This document shows positions 1 through 13,783 of a DNA stretch of 32,000 nt, piece after piece. Made by a program: the position numbers and the translations under genes. Position 1 is the first letter of the stretch, and every line of letters starts with the position of its first letter. Location of the stretch: assembly GCF_021498145.1 (NCBI RefSeq), contig NZ_CP054161.1; one strand, 5' to 3'. The DNA is from Escherichia coli (lineage in GTDB: Bacteria > Pseudomonadota > Gammaproteobacteria > Enterobacterales > Enterobacteriaceae). The notes below the pieces were generated by a model. The model saw only the letters and a list, made by a program, of their open reading frames with translations. It searched no databases and had not been told where the DNA came from.

Positions 1-864
1 TATACGCCAGGGGCGCTGCGCGGCGGCAGTCATGTACATGTCTTTAGCCCGAACGGTGAAAGGGTGAGCTTTACCTATAACGACCATGTAATGCATGAAC
101 TCTCCCCGACGCTGGATTTGCGAAACGTCGGTGTTGCTGCGCCGTTTGGCCCGGTCAACGTACAAAAGCAGCATCCGCGTGAATACAGCGGTAGCCACTG
201 GTGCGTGCTGGTAAGTAAAACCACGCCCACGCCACAGCCTGGCAGTGATGAAATCAATCGTGCTTATGAAGAAGGATGGGTAGGAAATCACGCGCTGGCG
301 TTTATTGGCGATACACTTTCGCCAAAGGGCGAGAAAGTGCCGGAGCTGTTTATCGTTGAGTTACCGCAAGATGAAGCTGGCTGGAAAGTAGCAGGTGATG
401 CGCCGTTAAGTGGAACGGAAACAACCCTGCCCGCGCCACCGCGTGGCGTCGTGCAGCGACGTTTAACCTTTACCCACCATCGGGCTTATCCGGGGTTAGT
501 CAACGTCCCGCGCCACTGGGTGCGCTGTAATCCGCAGGGTACGCAAATCGCGTTTTTAATGCGTGATGATAACGGCATTGTGCAACTGTGGCTTATCTCG
601 CCACAGGGCGGCGAGCCGCACCAGTTAACCCATAATAAAACGGATATTCAGTCTGCATTTAACTGGCATCCATCAGGAGAATGGTTGGGCTTTGTGCTGG
701 ATAATCGAATTGCTTGTGCCCATGCGCAAAGCGGCGAGGTTGAGTATTTAACCGAAAACCACGCCAATCCACCTTCTGCGGACGCCGTGGTCTTCTCGCC
801 GGATGGTCAATGGCTGGCGTGGATGGAAGGCGGCCAGCTGTGGATCACCGAAACTGATCGCTAA
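1..864 (+). CDS. yidR: YidR-like beta-propeller/WD40-like protein, C-terminal part (5' truncated by window edge)
   Basis: The reading frame is open from base 1 (YTPGALRGGSHVHVFSPNGERVSFTYNDHV...) to the stop at 864. TolB/propeller-like repeats (GTQIAFLMRDDNGIVQLWLIS, SPDGQWLAWMEGGQLWI). It is adjacent to yidQ/ibpA. Confidence 0.88.
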   Translation, partial: YTPGALRGGSHVHVFSPNGERVSFTYNDHVMHELSPTLDLRNVGVAAPFGPVNVQKQHPREYSGSHWCVLVSKTTPTPQPGSDEINRAYEEGWVGNHALAFIGDTLSPKGEKVPELFIVELPQDEAGWKVAGDAPLSGTETTLPAPPRGVVQRRLTFTHHRAYPGLVNVPRHWVRCNPQGTQIAFLMRDDNGIVQLWLISPQGGEPHQLTHNKTDIQSAFNWHPSGEWLGFVLDNRIACAHAQSGEVEYLTENHANPPSADAVVFSPDGQWLAWMEGGQLWITETDR

Positions 865-865
865 A

Positions 866-1198
866 TCAGTTATCAGGCATTCTGGCCGGTGGAATAACCG
901 CATTGGTGGCTTGCGCGTTGGCTTCGCTTTTTTCAACGCGTGAGCGCACCGAGCTGTCTTTGCGGAACACGTCCCACGGCAGTAAAAGCGTGTCCATCAC
1001 AGCGGTAAACGGCATATCGAGAATCGCCAGCGACTTAGTGCCCCAGTTGGTTTCATCGTCGCCAATCATGGTGGCGCTGGCGCGGGTGCCGGGATACGTT
1101 CCTTCTTTCCCCCCGGTATGGGACATCACGCTGGAGCATCCTCCAAGTAATGTCATTCCGCTGCATATCATGAACGCTAACAACACATTTCTTATCAT
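866..1198 (-). CDS. yidQ: YidQ lipoprotein-like protein, 110 aa
   Basis: Frame MIRNVLLAFMICSGMTLLGGCSSVMSH... has a lipobox-like LLGGC. The start was chosen at the internal Met (CAT 1196-1198) that gives the known-size product. Confidence 0.9.
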   Translation of the reverse strand: MIRNVLLAFMICSGMTLLGGCSSVMSHTGGKEGTYPGTRASATMIGDDETNWGTKSLAILDMPFTAVMDTLLLPWDVFRKDSSVRSRVEKSEANAQATNAVIPPARMPDN

Positions 1199-1372
1199 AA
1201 TAAATTCATCTGTTGATCGTGGGTGTTGGCCTGATGAGTTATAGCGATCCCTTGCTGAAAATAACATCATCATTACGTCGCACTGTGGCGGCTATCGCAC
1301 TTTAACGTTTCGTGCTGCCCCCTCAGTCTATGCAATAGACCATAAACTGCAAAAAAAAGTCCGCTGATAAGG

Positions 1373-1400
1373 CTTGAAAAGTTCATTTCCAGACCCATTT
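1373..1400 (+). promoter_or_regulatory. Candidate sigma-32 heat-shock promoter for ibpAB (CTTGAAA-N14-CCCATTT)
   Basis: CTTGAAA at 1373-1379 and CCCATTT at 1394-1400 match the sigma-32 -35/-10 consensus, upstream of a small heat-shock gene. Confidence 0.8.
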
Positions 1401-1407
1401 TTACATC

Positions 1408-1503
1408 GTAGCCGATGAGGACGCGCCTGATGGGTGTTCTGGCTACCTGACCTGTCCATTGTGGAAGGTCTTACATTCTCGCTGATTTCAGGAGCTATTG
1501 ATT
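1408..1503 (+). promoter_or_regulatory. ibpA 5' UTR, expected ROSE-type RNA thermometer
   Basis: Leader between the sigma-32 promoter and ibpA ATG, containing GGAAGGTCTTACATTCTCGCTGATTTCAGGAGCTATTG around the SD. The thermometer assignment comes from known ibpA biology. Confidence 0.65.
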
Positions 1504-1917
1504 ATGCGTAACTTTGATTTATCCCCGCTTTACCGTTCTGCTATTGGATTTGACCGTTTGTTTAACCACTTAGAAAACAACCAGAGCCAGAGTAATGGCG
1601 GCTACCCTCCGTATAACGTTGAACTGGTAGACGAAAACCATTACCGCATTGCTATCGCTGTGGCTGGTTTTGCTGAGAGCGAACTGGAAATTACCGCCCA
1701 GGATAATCTGCTGGTGGTGAAAGGTGCTCACGCCGACGAACAAAAAGAGCGCACCTATCTGTACCAGGGCATCGCTGAACGCAACTTTGAACGCAAATTC
1801 CAGTTAGCTGAGAACATTCATGTTCGTGGTGCTAACCTGGTAAATGGTTTGCTGTATATCGATCTCGAACGTGTGATTCCGGAAGCGAAAAAACCGCGCC
1901 GTATCGAAATCAACTAA
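1504..1917 (+). CDS. ibpA: Small heat shock protein IbpA, 137 aa
   Basis: [27 protein letters not shown]... with an alpha-crystallin domain. ATG at 1504 follows an SD (AGGAG). Confidence 0.98.
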
Positions 1918-2028
1918 TTCCCTAAGGCCGCCTGGCGCGGCCTGACATCTCCATGCTCGCCGTCAGGGAGCATATGCGAATCTTCGGATTTGCAGGTACT
2001 TACTCGCTTCTTAGAAGGAGAAATGACT

Positions 2029-2457
2029 ATGCGTAACTTCGATTTATCCCCACTGATGCGTCAATGGATCGGTTTTGACAAACTGGCCAACGCACTGCAA
2101 AACGCCGGTGAAAGCCAGAGCTTCCCGCCGTACAACATTGAGAAAAGCGACGATAACCACTACCGCATTACCCTTGCGCTGGCAGGTTTTCGTCAGGAAG
2201 ATTTAGAGATTCAACTGGAAGGTACGCGCCTGAGCGTAAAAGGCACGCCGGAGCAGCCAAAAGAAGAGAAAAAATGGCTGCATCAAGGGCTTATGAATCA
2301 GCCATTTAGCCTGAGCTTTACGCTGGCTGAAAATATGGAAGTCTCTGGTGCAACCTTCGTAAACGGTTTACTGCATATTGATTTAATTCGTAATGAGCCT
2401 GAACCCATCGCAGCGCAGCGTATCGCTATCAGCGAACGTCCCGCGTTAAATAGCTAA
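2029..2457 (+). CDS. ibpB: Small heat shock protein IbpB, 142 aa
   Basis: [30 protein letters not shown]... Paralog of ibpA immediately downstream; AGAAGGAG precedes the ATG. Confidence 0.98.
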
Positions 2458-2652
2458 CTAGCTATTCTCTTTGCCCCGCCATTCTGGTGGGGCTTTTTTT
2501 GTCTTTCTTCTTCAACAATGCGTTAAATTTCGCCTGTTTAAGATATTTCGGCACGTTCTTTCCCGTGATAATGTGCGCTATAAGGCAAATCTGCTTCACC
2601 GATTCAGCCATAATCCGTAGCAATTAAAATGTTATCTCAAGAGAAATGGACG

Positions 2653-4314
2653 ATGAGTGATATAGCATTAACGGTCAGTATTCTGGCTTTGGTGGCAGTC
2701 GTCGGTTTGTTTATCGGCAACGTCAAATTTCGCGGCATAGGATTAGGTATTGGCGGCGTGCTGTTTGGTGGGATCATCGTCGGCCATTTTGTTTCTCAGG
2801 CGGGGATGACATTAAGTAGCGATATGCTGCATGTTATTCAGGAATTTGGCCTGATCCTGTTCGTTTATACCATCGGGATTCAGGTAGGGCCGGGCTTCTT
2901 TGCCTCATTGCGCGTCTCCGGATTACGCCTCAACCTGTTTGCTGTTCTGATCGTCATCATCGGGGGTCTGGTTACCGCCATCCTGCATAAACTGTTTGAT
3001 ATTCCACTGCCGGTAGTGCTGGGGATTTTCTCCGGTGCGGTAACCAATACGCCAGCGCTGGGGGCAGGGCAGCAGATCTTGCGCGACCTGGGTACACCAA
3101 TGGAAATGGTCGATCAGATGGGGATGAGTTACGCGATGGCGTATCCATTCGGCATTTGCGGGATTTTGTTCACCATGTGGATGTTGCGGGTTATTTTCCG
3201 CGTCAATGTCGAGACAGAAGCCCAGCAGCACGAGTCTTCTCGCACCAATGGCGGCGCGCTGATCAGGACTATCAATATTCGCGTTGAGAACCCTAACCTG
3301 CATGATTTAGCCATTAAAGATGTGCCGATTCTCAACGGCGACAAAATTATCTGCTCGCGTCTGAAACGCGAAGAAACCCTAAAAGTACCTTCGCCAGATA
3401 CCATTATCCAACTGGGCGATTTGCTGCATCTGGTGGGGCAGCCAGCGGATTTACATAATGCGCAACTGGTGATTGGTCAGGAGGTCGATACCTCGCTGTC
3501 CACGAAAGGCACTGATTTACGCGTCGAGCGTGTGGTGGTCACCAATGAAAACGTGCTTGGTAAGCGTATTCGCGACCTGCACTTTAAAGAACGCTATGAC
3601 GTTGTTATCTCGCGCCTGAACCGTGCCGGGGTCGAACTGGTTGCCAGTGGCGATATCAGCCTGCAGTTCGGCGATATCCTCAACCTGGTGGGGCGTCCGT
3701 CCGCAATTGATGCCGTTGCCAATGTGCTGGGGAATGCGCAGCAAAAACTGCAACAGGTTCAGATGCTGCCGGTGTTTATTGGTATCGGGCTTGGCGTATT
3801 GTTAGGTTCTATTCCCGTCTTTGTGCCGGGATTCCCGGCCGCGTTGAAACTGGGGCTGGCGGGCGGTCCGCTGATTATGGCGTTGATCCTCGGGCGTATC
3901 GGCAGTATCGGCAAGCTGTACTGGTTTATGCCGCCAAGTGCCAACCTCGCGCTGCGGGAGCTGGGGATCGTGCTGTTCCTCTCGGTCGTTGGTCTGAAAT
4001 CTGGTGGGGATTTTGTGAATACCCTGGTCAATGGCGAAGGGCTAAGCTGGATTGGATATGGTGCCCTGATCACCGCCGTTCCGCTGATTACTGTTGGTAT
4101 TCTGGCGCGGATGTTAGCCAAAATGAATTACCTGACCATGTGCGGGATGCTGGCTGGCTCCATGACCGATCCACCGGCGCTGGCATTTGCTAATAATCTT
4201 CATCCAACGAGCGGTGCAGCGGCGCTCTCTTACGCCACTGTCTATCCGTTAGTGATGTTCCTGCGCATTATCACCCCCCAATTACTGGCGGTGCTCTTCT
4301 GGAGTATCGGTTAA
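2653..4314 (+). CDS. yidE: YidE putative AspT/YidE/YbjL antiporter-family transporter, 553 aa
   Basis: [35 protein letters not shown]... Duplicated membrane halves with central RCK/TrkA-C-like domains. Confidence 0.95.
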
Positions 4315-5027
4315 CTCTTTTCCGGGTGGAGTCGCCGTAAATGGTACTCCACCTGGTATTCGCTGGCATTTCTGAACATCACTGAATAATTCAAAAACTC
4401 CCCGCTCTCGCTATATGACAACGAGGTGATCCGCAGTAGTGGCGTGTGTTCCGCTACCTTCATTTGCCGCGCCAGCAGTCTATCGGCGAGCACCGGCGTC
4501 AGGCTTTCATAATTACCGCCAATCAGAATCCCGCACTCTTGTTCAATATATTCAAACTTCGACCCTTCCAGATGTTGCAGCGAAAGGTTACGGAACAGTT
4601 TTACCGGCATATAGCTGTCTTCCAGCATCAGCGGTTTCCCTTCCACAAAACGAACGCGACGGGAGAAGTAGATCTGCTCGTTGATTTGAATCCGTAACTG
4701 GCTGGCAATGGCCGGAGGCGCAGGCATGATTTCAAAAATCAGCACCTGGCTGGTGACCGTTTTTCCCTGGCGTTTTAACACCTCCACCAGCCCGGTCAGG
4801 CTGGCGGTTTGATGCAATACATCTTTACGCACCAGGTAAGTGCCGCTGCCGTGGCGGCGGACCACCAGCCCCCACGCCACCAGCAGGTCAATGGCTTTAC
4901 GGATGGTCATCCGCGATACCGCAAACTCTTCCGCCAGCTTTTTTTCACCGGGAAGAAGGCTGTTTAGCGTGAAATCTGCGGAATTAAGTCGAATTCTTAA
5001 CCGCTCCGCAATGCTTTTGTAGATCAT
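4311..5027 (-). CDS. yidP: GntR/UTRA-family transcriptional regulator YidP, 238 aa
   Basis: N-terminal wHTH ([42 protein letters not shown]) plus UTRA effector domain. Divergent from the glv operon. Confidence 0.93.
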
Positions 5028-5322
5028 CTCTAGATCTCTTTTTTGCCTGCAAGCCCGGGTAATGCGCCCACAAGTTCTGCTTAATCGATTGAAAAAACAT
5101 CTTTTTTTTAAAGATGTGTTCGTTGCTGTGTACCAGTGCTCACAGATGTCTACTTTTTTGCGAAAACGTAGATCTCTACCGCCCAACGAAAAGCATGAAA
5201 GCGATCACGAATCCCACTGGGTCGTCATGTTCTGCCGATCGCATCTTCCTATCCTCGCTCCAGGCCTGCCGCATAACCAATCAGGCTTCCTACTTACAGA
5301 ATTGAGAAAAGAGGATGTGGAA

Positions 5323-9151
<3,829 letters not shown>

Positions 9152-9317
9152 TTTAATATCCCTCCGGCGAATTATGCTCACAACCTGAACTTAACAGAAA
9201 ACAATCCGTTCAGGGATACGATGTTTGTATTTTAAGAATCTGACTGCCTGACCCGACGCATTTTACCTCTCCCTATATTCATGCGTCCGGGACATAAACA
9301 TAAATAAGGGCTATGAG

Positions 9318-11033
9318 ATGAATTCGTTACAAATCTTGAGTTTTGTCGGTTTTACGCTGCTGGTGGCGGTGATCACCTGGTGGAAGGTCCGCAAAACAGA
9401 TACCGGATCGCAACAAGGCTATTTTCTTGCCGGACGTTCACTAAAAGCGCCGGTTATTGCCGCTTCGTTAATGCTAACCAACCTTTCCACGGAACAACTG
9501 GTTGGTCTTTCCGGGCAGGCCTACAAAAGCGGCATGTCGGTGATGGGCTGGGAAGTGACTTCAGCGGTGACGCTGATCTTCCTCGCGCTAATCTTTTTAC
9601 CGCGCTATCTGAAGCGCGGCATTGCCACCATCCCCGATTTTCTGGAGGAACGTTATGATAAAACGACGCGTATTATCATCGACTTCTGCTTCCTCATTGC
9701 CACCGGCGTCTGCTTTCTGCCGATTGTTCTCTACTCCGGCGCGTTGGCGCTCAACAGCCTGTTTCACGTCGGGGAATCGCTACAGATTTCTCACGGTGCG
9801 GCTATCTGGCTATTGGTAATTTTGCTTGGTCTGGCGGGAATTTTGTATGCGGTGATCGGCGGACTGCGCGCAATGGCAGTGGCGGACTCCATTAACGGTA
9901 TTGGTCTGGTTATCGGCGGGTTGATGGTGCCGATATTTGGCCTGATCGCGATGGGCAAGGGCAGCTTTATGCAGGGCATTGAGCAACTTACCACCGTTCA
10001 CGCCGAGAAATTAAACTCAGTCGGCGGCCCGACCGATCCCTTGCCGATTGGCGCGGCATTTACCGGTTTAATTCTGGTGAACACCTTTTACTGGTGTACA
10101 AATCAGGGCATCGTGCAACGCACGCTGGCGTCAAAAAGCCTGGCGGAAGGGCAAAAGGGGGCGCTGTTAACGGCGGTGCTGAAAATGCTCGACCCGCTGG
10201 TACTGGTGCTGCCAGGGTTGATTGCGTTTCATCTGTATCAGGATCTACCGAAAGCCGACATGGCCTACCCGACGCTGGTCAATAACGTTCTGCCAGTGCC
10301 ACTGGTGGGTTTCTTCGGCGCGGTGTTATTTGGTGCGGTGATCAGTACCTTCAACGGCTTTCTGAATAGCGCCAGTACGTTATTCAGTATGGGTATTTAC
10401 CGTCGCATCATTAACCAGAATGCCGAGCCGCAACAGCTGGTCACCGTCGGGCGCAAATTTGGTTTCTTTATCGCTATCGTTTCGGTGCTGGTAGCGCCGT
10501 GGATCGCCAACGCGCCGCAGGGGCTGTATAGCTGGATGAAACAGCTCAACGGCATTTACAACGTGCCGCTGGTTACCATCATCATTATGGGCTTTTTCTT
10601 CCCGCGCATCCCGGCGCTGGCGGCAAAAGTGGCGATGGGGATTGGCATAATCAGCTACATCACCATCAACTATCTGGTGAAGTTCGACTTCCATTTCCTC
10701 TATGTGCTGGCCTGTACGTTCTGCATCAACGTGGTCGTGATGCTGGTGATCGGTTTTCTCAAACCGCGCGCCACGCCGTTCACCTTCAAAGATGCGTTTG
10801 CGGTGGACATGAAACCGTGGAAAAACGTCAAGATCGCGTCAATTGGCATCCTGTTCGCGATGATTGGCGTCTATGCCGGGCTGGCTGAATTCGGCGGCTA
10901 CGGTACGCGTTGGTTAGCGATGATCAGTTATTTCATCGCTGCCGTAGTGATTGTCTACCTGATTTTTGACAGCTGGCGGCATCGTCACGACCCAGCCGTA
11001 ACCTTTACTCCCGACGCGAAGGATAGCCTATGA
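9318..11033 (+). CDS. yidK: Sodium:solute symporter family transporter YidK, 571 aa
   Basis: SSS-family sequence (GYFLAGRSLKAPVIAASLMLTNLSTEQLVGLSGQAYKSG...). Confidence 0.95.
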   Translation: MNSLQILSFVGFTLLVAVITWWKVRKTDTGSQQGYFLAGRSLKAPVIAASLMLTNLSTEQLVGLSGQAYKSGMSVMGWEVTSAVTLIFLALIFLPRYLKRGIATIPDFLEERYDKTTRIIIDFCFLIATGVCFLPIVLYSGALALNSLFHVGESLQISHGAAIWLLVILLGLAGILYAVIGGLRAMAVADSINGIGLVIGGLMVPIFGLIAMGKGSFMQGIEQLTTVHAEKLNSVGGPTDPLPIGAAFTGLILVNTFYWCTNQGIVQRTLASKSLAEGQKGALLTAVLKMLDPLVLVLPGLIAFHLYQDLPKADMAYPTLVNNVLPVPLVGFFGAVLFGAVISTFNGFLNSASTLFSMGIYRRIINQNAEPQQLVTVGRKFGFFIAIVSVLVAPWIANAPQGLYSWMKQLNGIYNVPLVTIIIMGFFFPRIPALAAKVAMGIGIISYITINYLVKFDFHFLYVLACTFCINVVVMLVIGFLKPRATPFTFKDAFAVDMKPWKNVKIASIGILFAMIGVYAGLAEFGGYGTRWLAMISYFIAAVVIVYLIFDSWRHRHDPAVTFTPDAKDSL

Positions 11034-12523
11034 AACGCCCCAATTTTCTGTTCATCATGACCGATACCCAGGCCACCAATATGGTCGGTTGCTATAGCGG
11101 TAAGCCGCTGAATACGCAAAATATTGATAGTCTGGCGGCGGAAAGTATTCGCTTTAATTCCGCCTACACCTGTTCACCGGTTTGTACACCAGCGCGCGCC
11201 GGGCTGTTTACCGGTATCTACGCTAACCAGTCCGGCCCGTGGACCAACAACGTCGCGCCGGGCAAAAACATCTCCACTATGGGACGCTACTTTAAGGATG
11301 CCGGCTATCACACCTGTTACATCGGCAAATGGCATCTCGACGGTCATGACTATTTCGGCACTGGCGAGTGTCCGCCGGAGTGGGACGCTGATTACTGGTT
11401 CGATGGGGCGAACTACCTTAGCGAACTGACGGAAAAAGAGATCAGCCTGTGGCGCAATGGCCTAAACAGCGTTGAGGATTTACAGGCGAACCATATCGAC
11501 GAAACCTTCACCTGGGCGCACCGCATCAGCAATCGGGCGGTAGATTTTCTGCAACAGCCCGCGCGCGCCGAGGAACCCTTCCTGATGGTGGTTTCGTATG
11601 ATGAGCCGCATCACCCGTTCACCTGTCCGGTGGAGTATTTAGAGAAATACGCTGATTTTTACTACGAACTTGGCGAGAAATCACAGGATGACCTGGCGAA
11701 CAAACCGGAACATCACCGCTTATGGGCGCAGGCGATGCCATCGCCAGTAGGTGATGACGGGCTTTATCACCATCCGCTCTATTTTGCCTGCAATGACTTT
11801 GTTGATGACCAAATCGGACGGGTCATCAATGCCTTAACGCCAGAGCAACGTGAAAATACGTGGGTCATTTATACCTCCGATCACGGTGAAATGATGGGTG
11901 CACATAAGCTGATCAGTAAAGGAGCGGCGATGTATGACGACATCACCCGTATTCCGCTGATCATCCGTTCGCCGCAAGGGGAGCGGCGACAGGTCGATAC
12001 GCCAGTCAGTCATATCGATTTACTGCCGACAATGATGGCGCTGGCAGATATTGAAAAACCAGAGATTCTGCTGGGGGAAAATATCCTTGCAGTGAAAGAG
12101 CCACGCGGCGTAATGGTGGAATTTAACCGCTACGAGATTGAGCATGACAGCTTTGGCGGTTTTATTCCGGTGCGTTGCTGGGTGACGGATGACTTTAAAC
12201 TGGTGCTCAACCTCTTCACCAGTGATGAACTTTACGATCGCCGTAATGACCCAAATGAAATGCATAACCTGATCGATGATATCCGTTTTGCAGACGTTCG
12301 CAGCAAAATGCATGACGCCTTATTGGATTACATGGACAAAATTCGCGATCCGTTCCGCAGTTATCAATGGAGCCTGCGTCCGTGGCGTAAAGATGTACAG
12401 CCGCGCTGGATGGGGGCATTTCGTCCACGCCCACAAGATGGCTATTCGCCAGTAGTACGCGACTATGACACTGGCCTACCGACACAAGGGGTGAAGGTGG
12501 AAGAGAAAAAACAGAAGTTCTGA
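11030..12523 (+). CDS. yidJ: Cys-type sulfatase family protein YidJ, 497 aa
   Basis: Sulfatase signature C-T-P-A-R (Cys52) in YTCSPVCTPARAGLFTG, GKWHL motif. 4-bp overlap with yidK. Confidence 0.95.
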   Translation: MKRPNFLFIMTDTQATNMVGCYSGKPLNTQNIDSLAAESIRFNSAYTCSPVCTPARAGLFTGIYANQSGPWTNNVAPGKNISTMGRYFKDAGYHTCYIGKWHLDGHDYFGTGECPPEWDADYWFDGANYLSELTEKEISLWRNGLNSVEDLQANHIDETFTWAHRISNRAVDFLQQPARAEEPFLMVVSYDEPHHPFTCPVEYLEKYADFYYELGEKSQDDLANKPEHHRLWAQAMPSPVGDDGLYHHPLYFACNDFVDDQIGRVINALTPEQRENTWVIYTSDHGEMMGAHKLISKGAAMYDDITRIPLIIRSPQGERRQVDTPVSHIDLLPTMMALADIEKPEILLGENILAVKEPRGVMVEFNRYEIEHDSFGGFIPVRCWVTDDFKLVLNLFTSDELYDRRNDPNEMHNLIDDIRFADVRSKMHDALLDYMDKIRDPFRSYQWSLRPWRKDVQPRWMGAFRPRPQDGYSPVVRDYDTGLPTQGVKVEEKKQKF

Positions 12524-12582
12524 TGCATTATTGCTGTTCCTGGCCTACTTTTTCGGCGAGGAACAGTTTACAAGGAGCAACA

Positions 12583-12930
12583 ATGAAAATTTCCCGCCTC
12601 GGAGAAGCACCTGATTATCGCTTCTCGCTGGCTAATGAGCGTACTTTTCTGGCGTGGATCCGTACCGCACTAGGCTTTCTGGCGGCGGGGGTTGGGCTTG
12701 ATCAACTTGCGCCAGATTTCGCCACGCCCGTCATTCGCGAACTGCTGGCGTTGTTGTTGTGTCTGTTTTCCGGCGGGTTAGCGATGTATGGCTACCTGCG
12801 CTGGTTACGCAATGAAAAAGCGATGCGTCTGAAAGAGGACCTGCCCTACACCAACAGCTTATTAATCATCAGCTTAATATTGATGGTCGTAGCGGTGATC
12901 GTTATGGGGCTGGTGTTGTATGCCGGATAG
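12583..12930 (+). CDS. yidH: Inner membrane protein YidH (DUF202), 115 aa
   Basis: MKISRLGEAPDYRFSLANERTFLAWIRTALGFLAAGVG... AAGGAGC SD. Confidence 0.94.
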   Translation: MKISRLGEAPDYRFSLANERTFLAWIRTALGFLAAGVGLDQLAPDFATPVIRELLALLLCLFSGGLAMYGYLRWLRNEKAMRLKEDLPYTNSLLIISLILMVVAVIVMGLVLYAG

Positions 12931-13282
12931 CCGCAAAGCCAGACGCATTGCCGACCCAGGACTGCAGCCGGAGCGTACATCACTGGCGTGGTTTCGTACC
13001 ATGCTGGGCTACGGCGCGTTGATGGCGTTGGCTATCAAACACAACTGGCACCAGGCGGGCATGTTATTCTGGATTTCGATTGGCATCCTCGCCATCGTGG
13101 CGCTGATCCTCTGGCACTACACCCGTAATCGTAATTTAATGGATGTCACGAATAGCGATTTTTCCCAATTTCACGTAGTCCGTGACAAATTTTTGATCTC
13201 CCTCGCGGTGTTATCTCTCGCAATACTGTTTGCTGTAACGCATATACATCAACTTATCGTATTTATTGAGAGAGTCGCATGA
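12920..13282 (+). CDS. yidG: Inner membrane protein YidG (DUF202), 120 aa
   Basis: MPDSRKARRIADPGLQPERTSLAWFRTMLGYGALMALAIKHNW... Overlaps yidH. Confidence 0.94.
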   Translation: MPDSRKARRIADPGLQPERTSLAWFRTMLGYGALMALAIKHNWHQAGMLFWISIGILAIVALILWHYTRNRNLMDVTNSDFSQFHVVRDKFLISLAVLSLAILFAVTHIHQLIVFIERVA

Positions 13283-13776
13283 CAGGAAGTCAGGTCATTG
13301 ATGCTGAAGAGGACAGGCATAAACTGGTTGTAGAGTACAAGGATGCTCTGCAACCTGCCGATTTTTATCACAATTTCAAACAACGGGGTATCCGCTCCGT
13401 ACAGCTCATTCCCCATCTTGAATTTGATGACCGGGGCGATCTGACGGCCGCTTCGGTGACAGCAGAGCTGTGGGGGAAATTTTTAATTGCCCTGTTTGAG
13501 TGTTGGGTGCGGGCAGATATCAGTCGTATCTCGATTGAGCTTTTTGACGCCACCTTACAAAAATGGTGTGGCAGCGAAAACCCGCAACCGCGCCGTGGCT
13601 GCCAGGCGTGCGACTGGCATCTGCTGTGTCCGCACGCTCGGGAGGAGATGCCAGACAGCGTGCTTTGTGCGGGCTATCAGGCGTTTTATTCTTACTCTGC
13701 GCCGCATATGCGGGTGATGCGTGATCTGATAAAGCAGCATCGTTCTCCCATGGAGCTGATGACGATGCTGCGGTGA
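13279..13776 (+). CDS. yidF: YidF, SPASM-like C-terminal fragment related to anaerobic sulfatase-maturing enzymes, 165 aa
   Basis: MTGSQVIDAEEDRHKLVVEYKDAL... with a C-x2-C-x5-C cluster (RRGCQACDWHLLCPHAR) and no radical-SAM CxxxCxxC core. Confidence 0.88.
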   Translation: MTGSQVIDAEEDRHKLVVEYKDALQPADFYHNFKQRGIRSVQLIPHLEFDDRGDLTAASVTAELWGKFLIALFECWVRADISRISIELFDATLQKWCGSENPQPRRGCQACDWHLLCPHAREEMPDSVLCAGYQAFYSYSAPHMRVMRDLIKQHRSPMELMTMLR

Positions 13777-13783
13777 CGTGAGC

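Noticed and set aside
3759-4121. 120-aa minus-strand ORF and other antisense ORFs in yidE, yidK, yidJ, uhpB, uhpT and adeQ
   Set aside because: They overlap well-supported genes; typical of GC-biased antisense frames, with no upstream signals.
5062-5322. 87-codon N-terminal extension of the glvC ORF
   Set aside because: The extension lacks membrane/PTS character and includes the yidP-glvC promoter region. ATG 5323 has a good SD and gives the normal PTS EIIC N-terminus.
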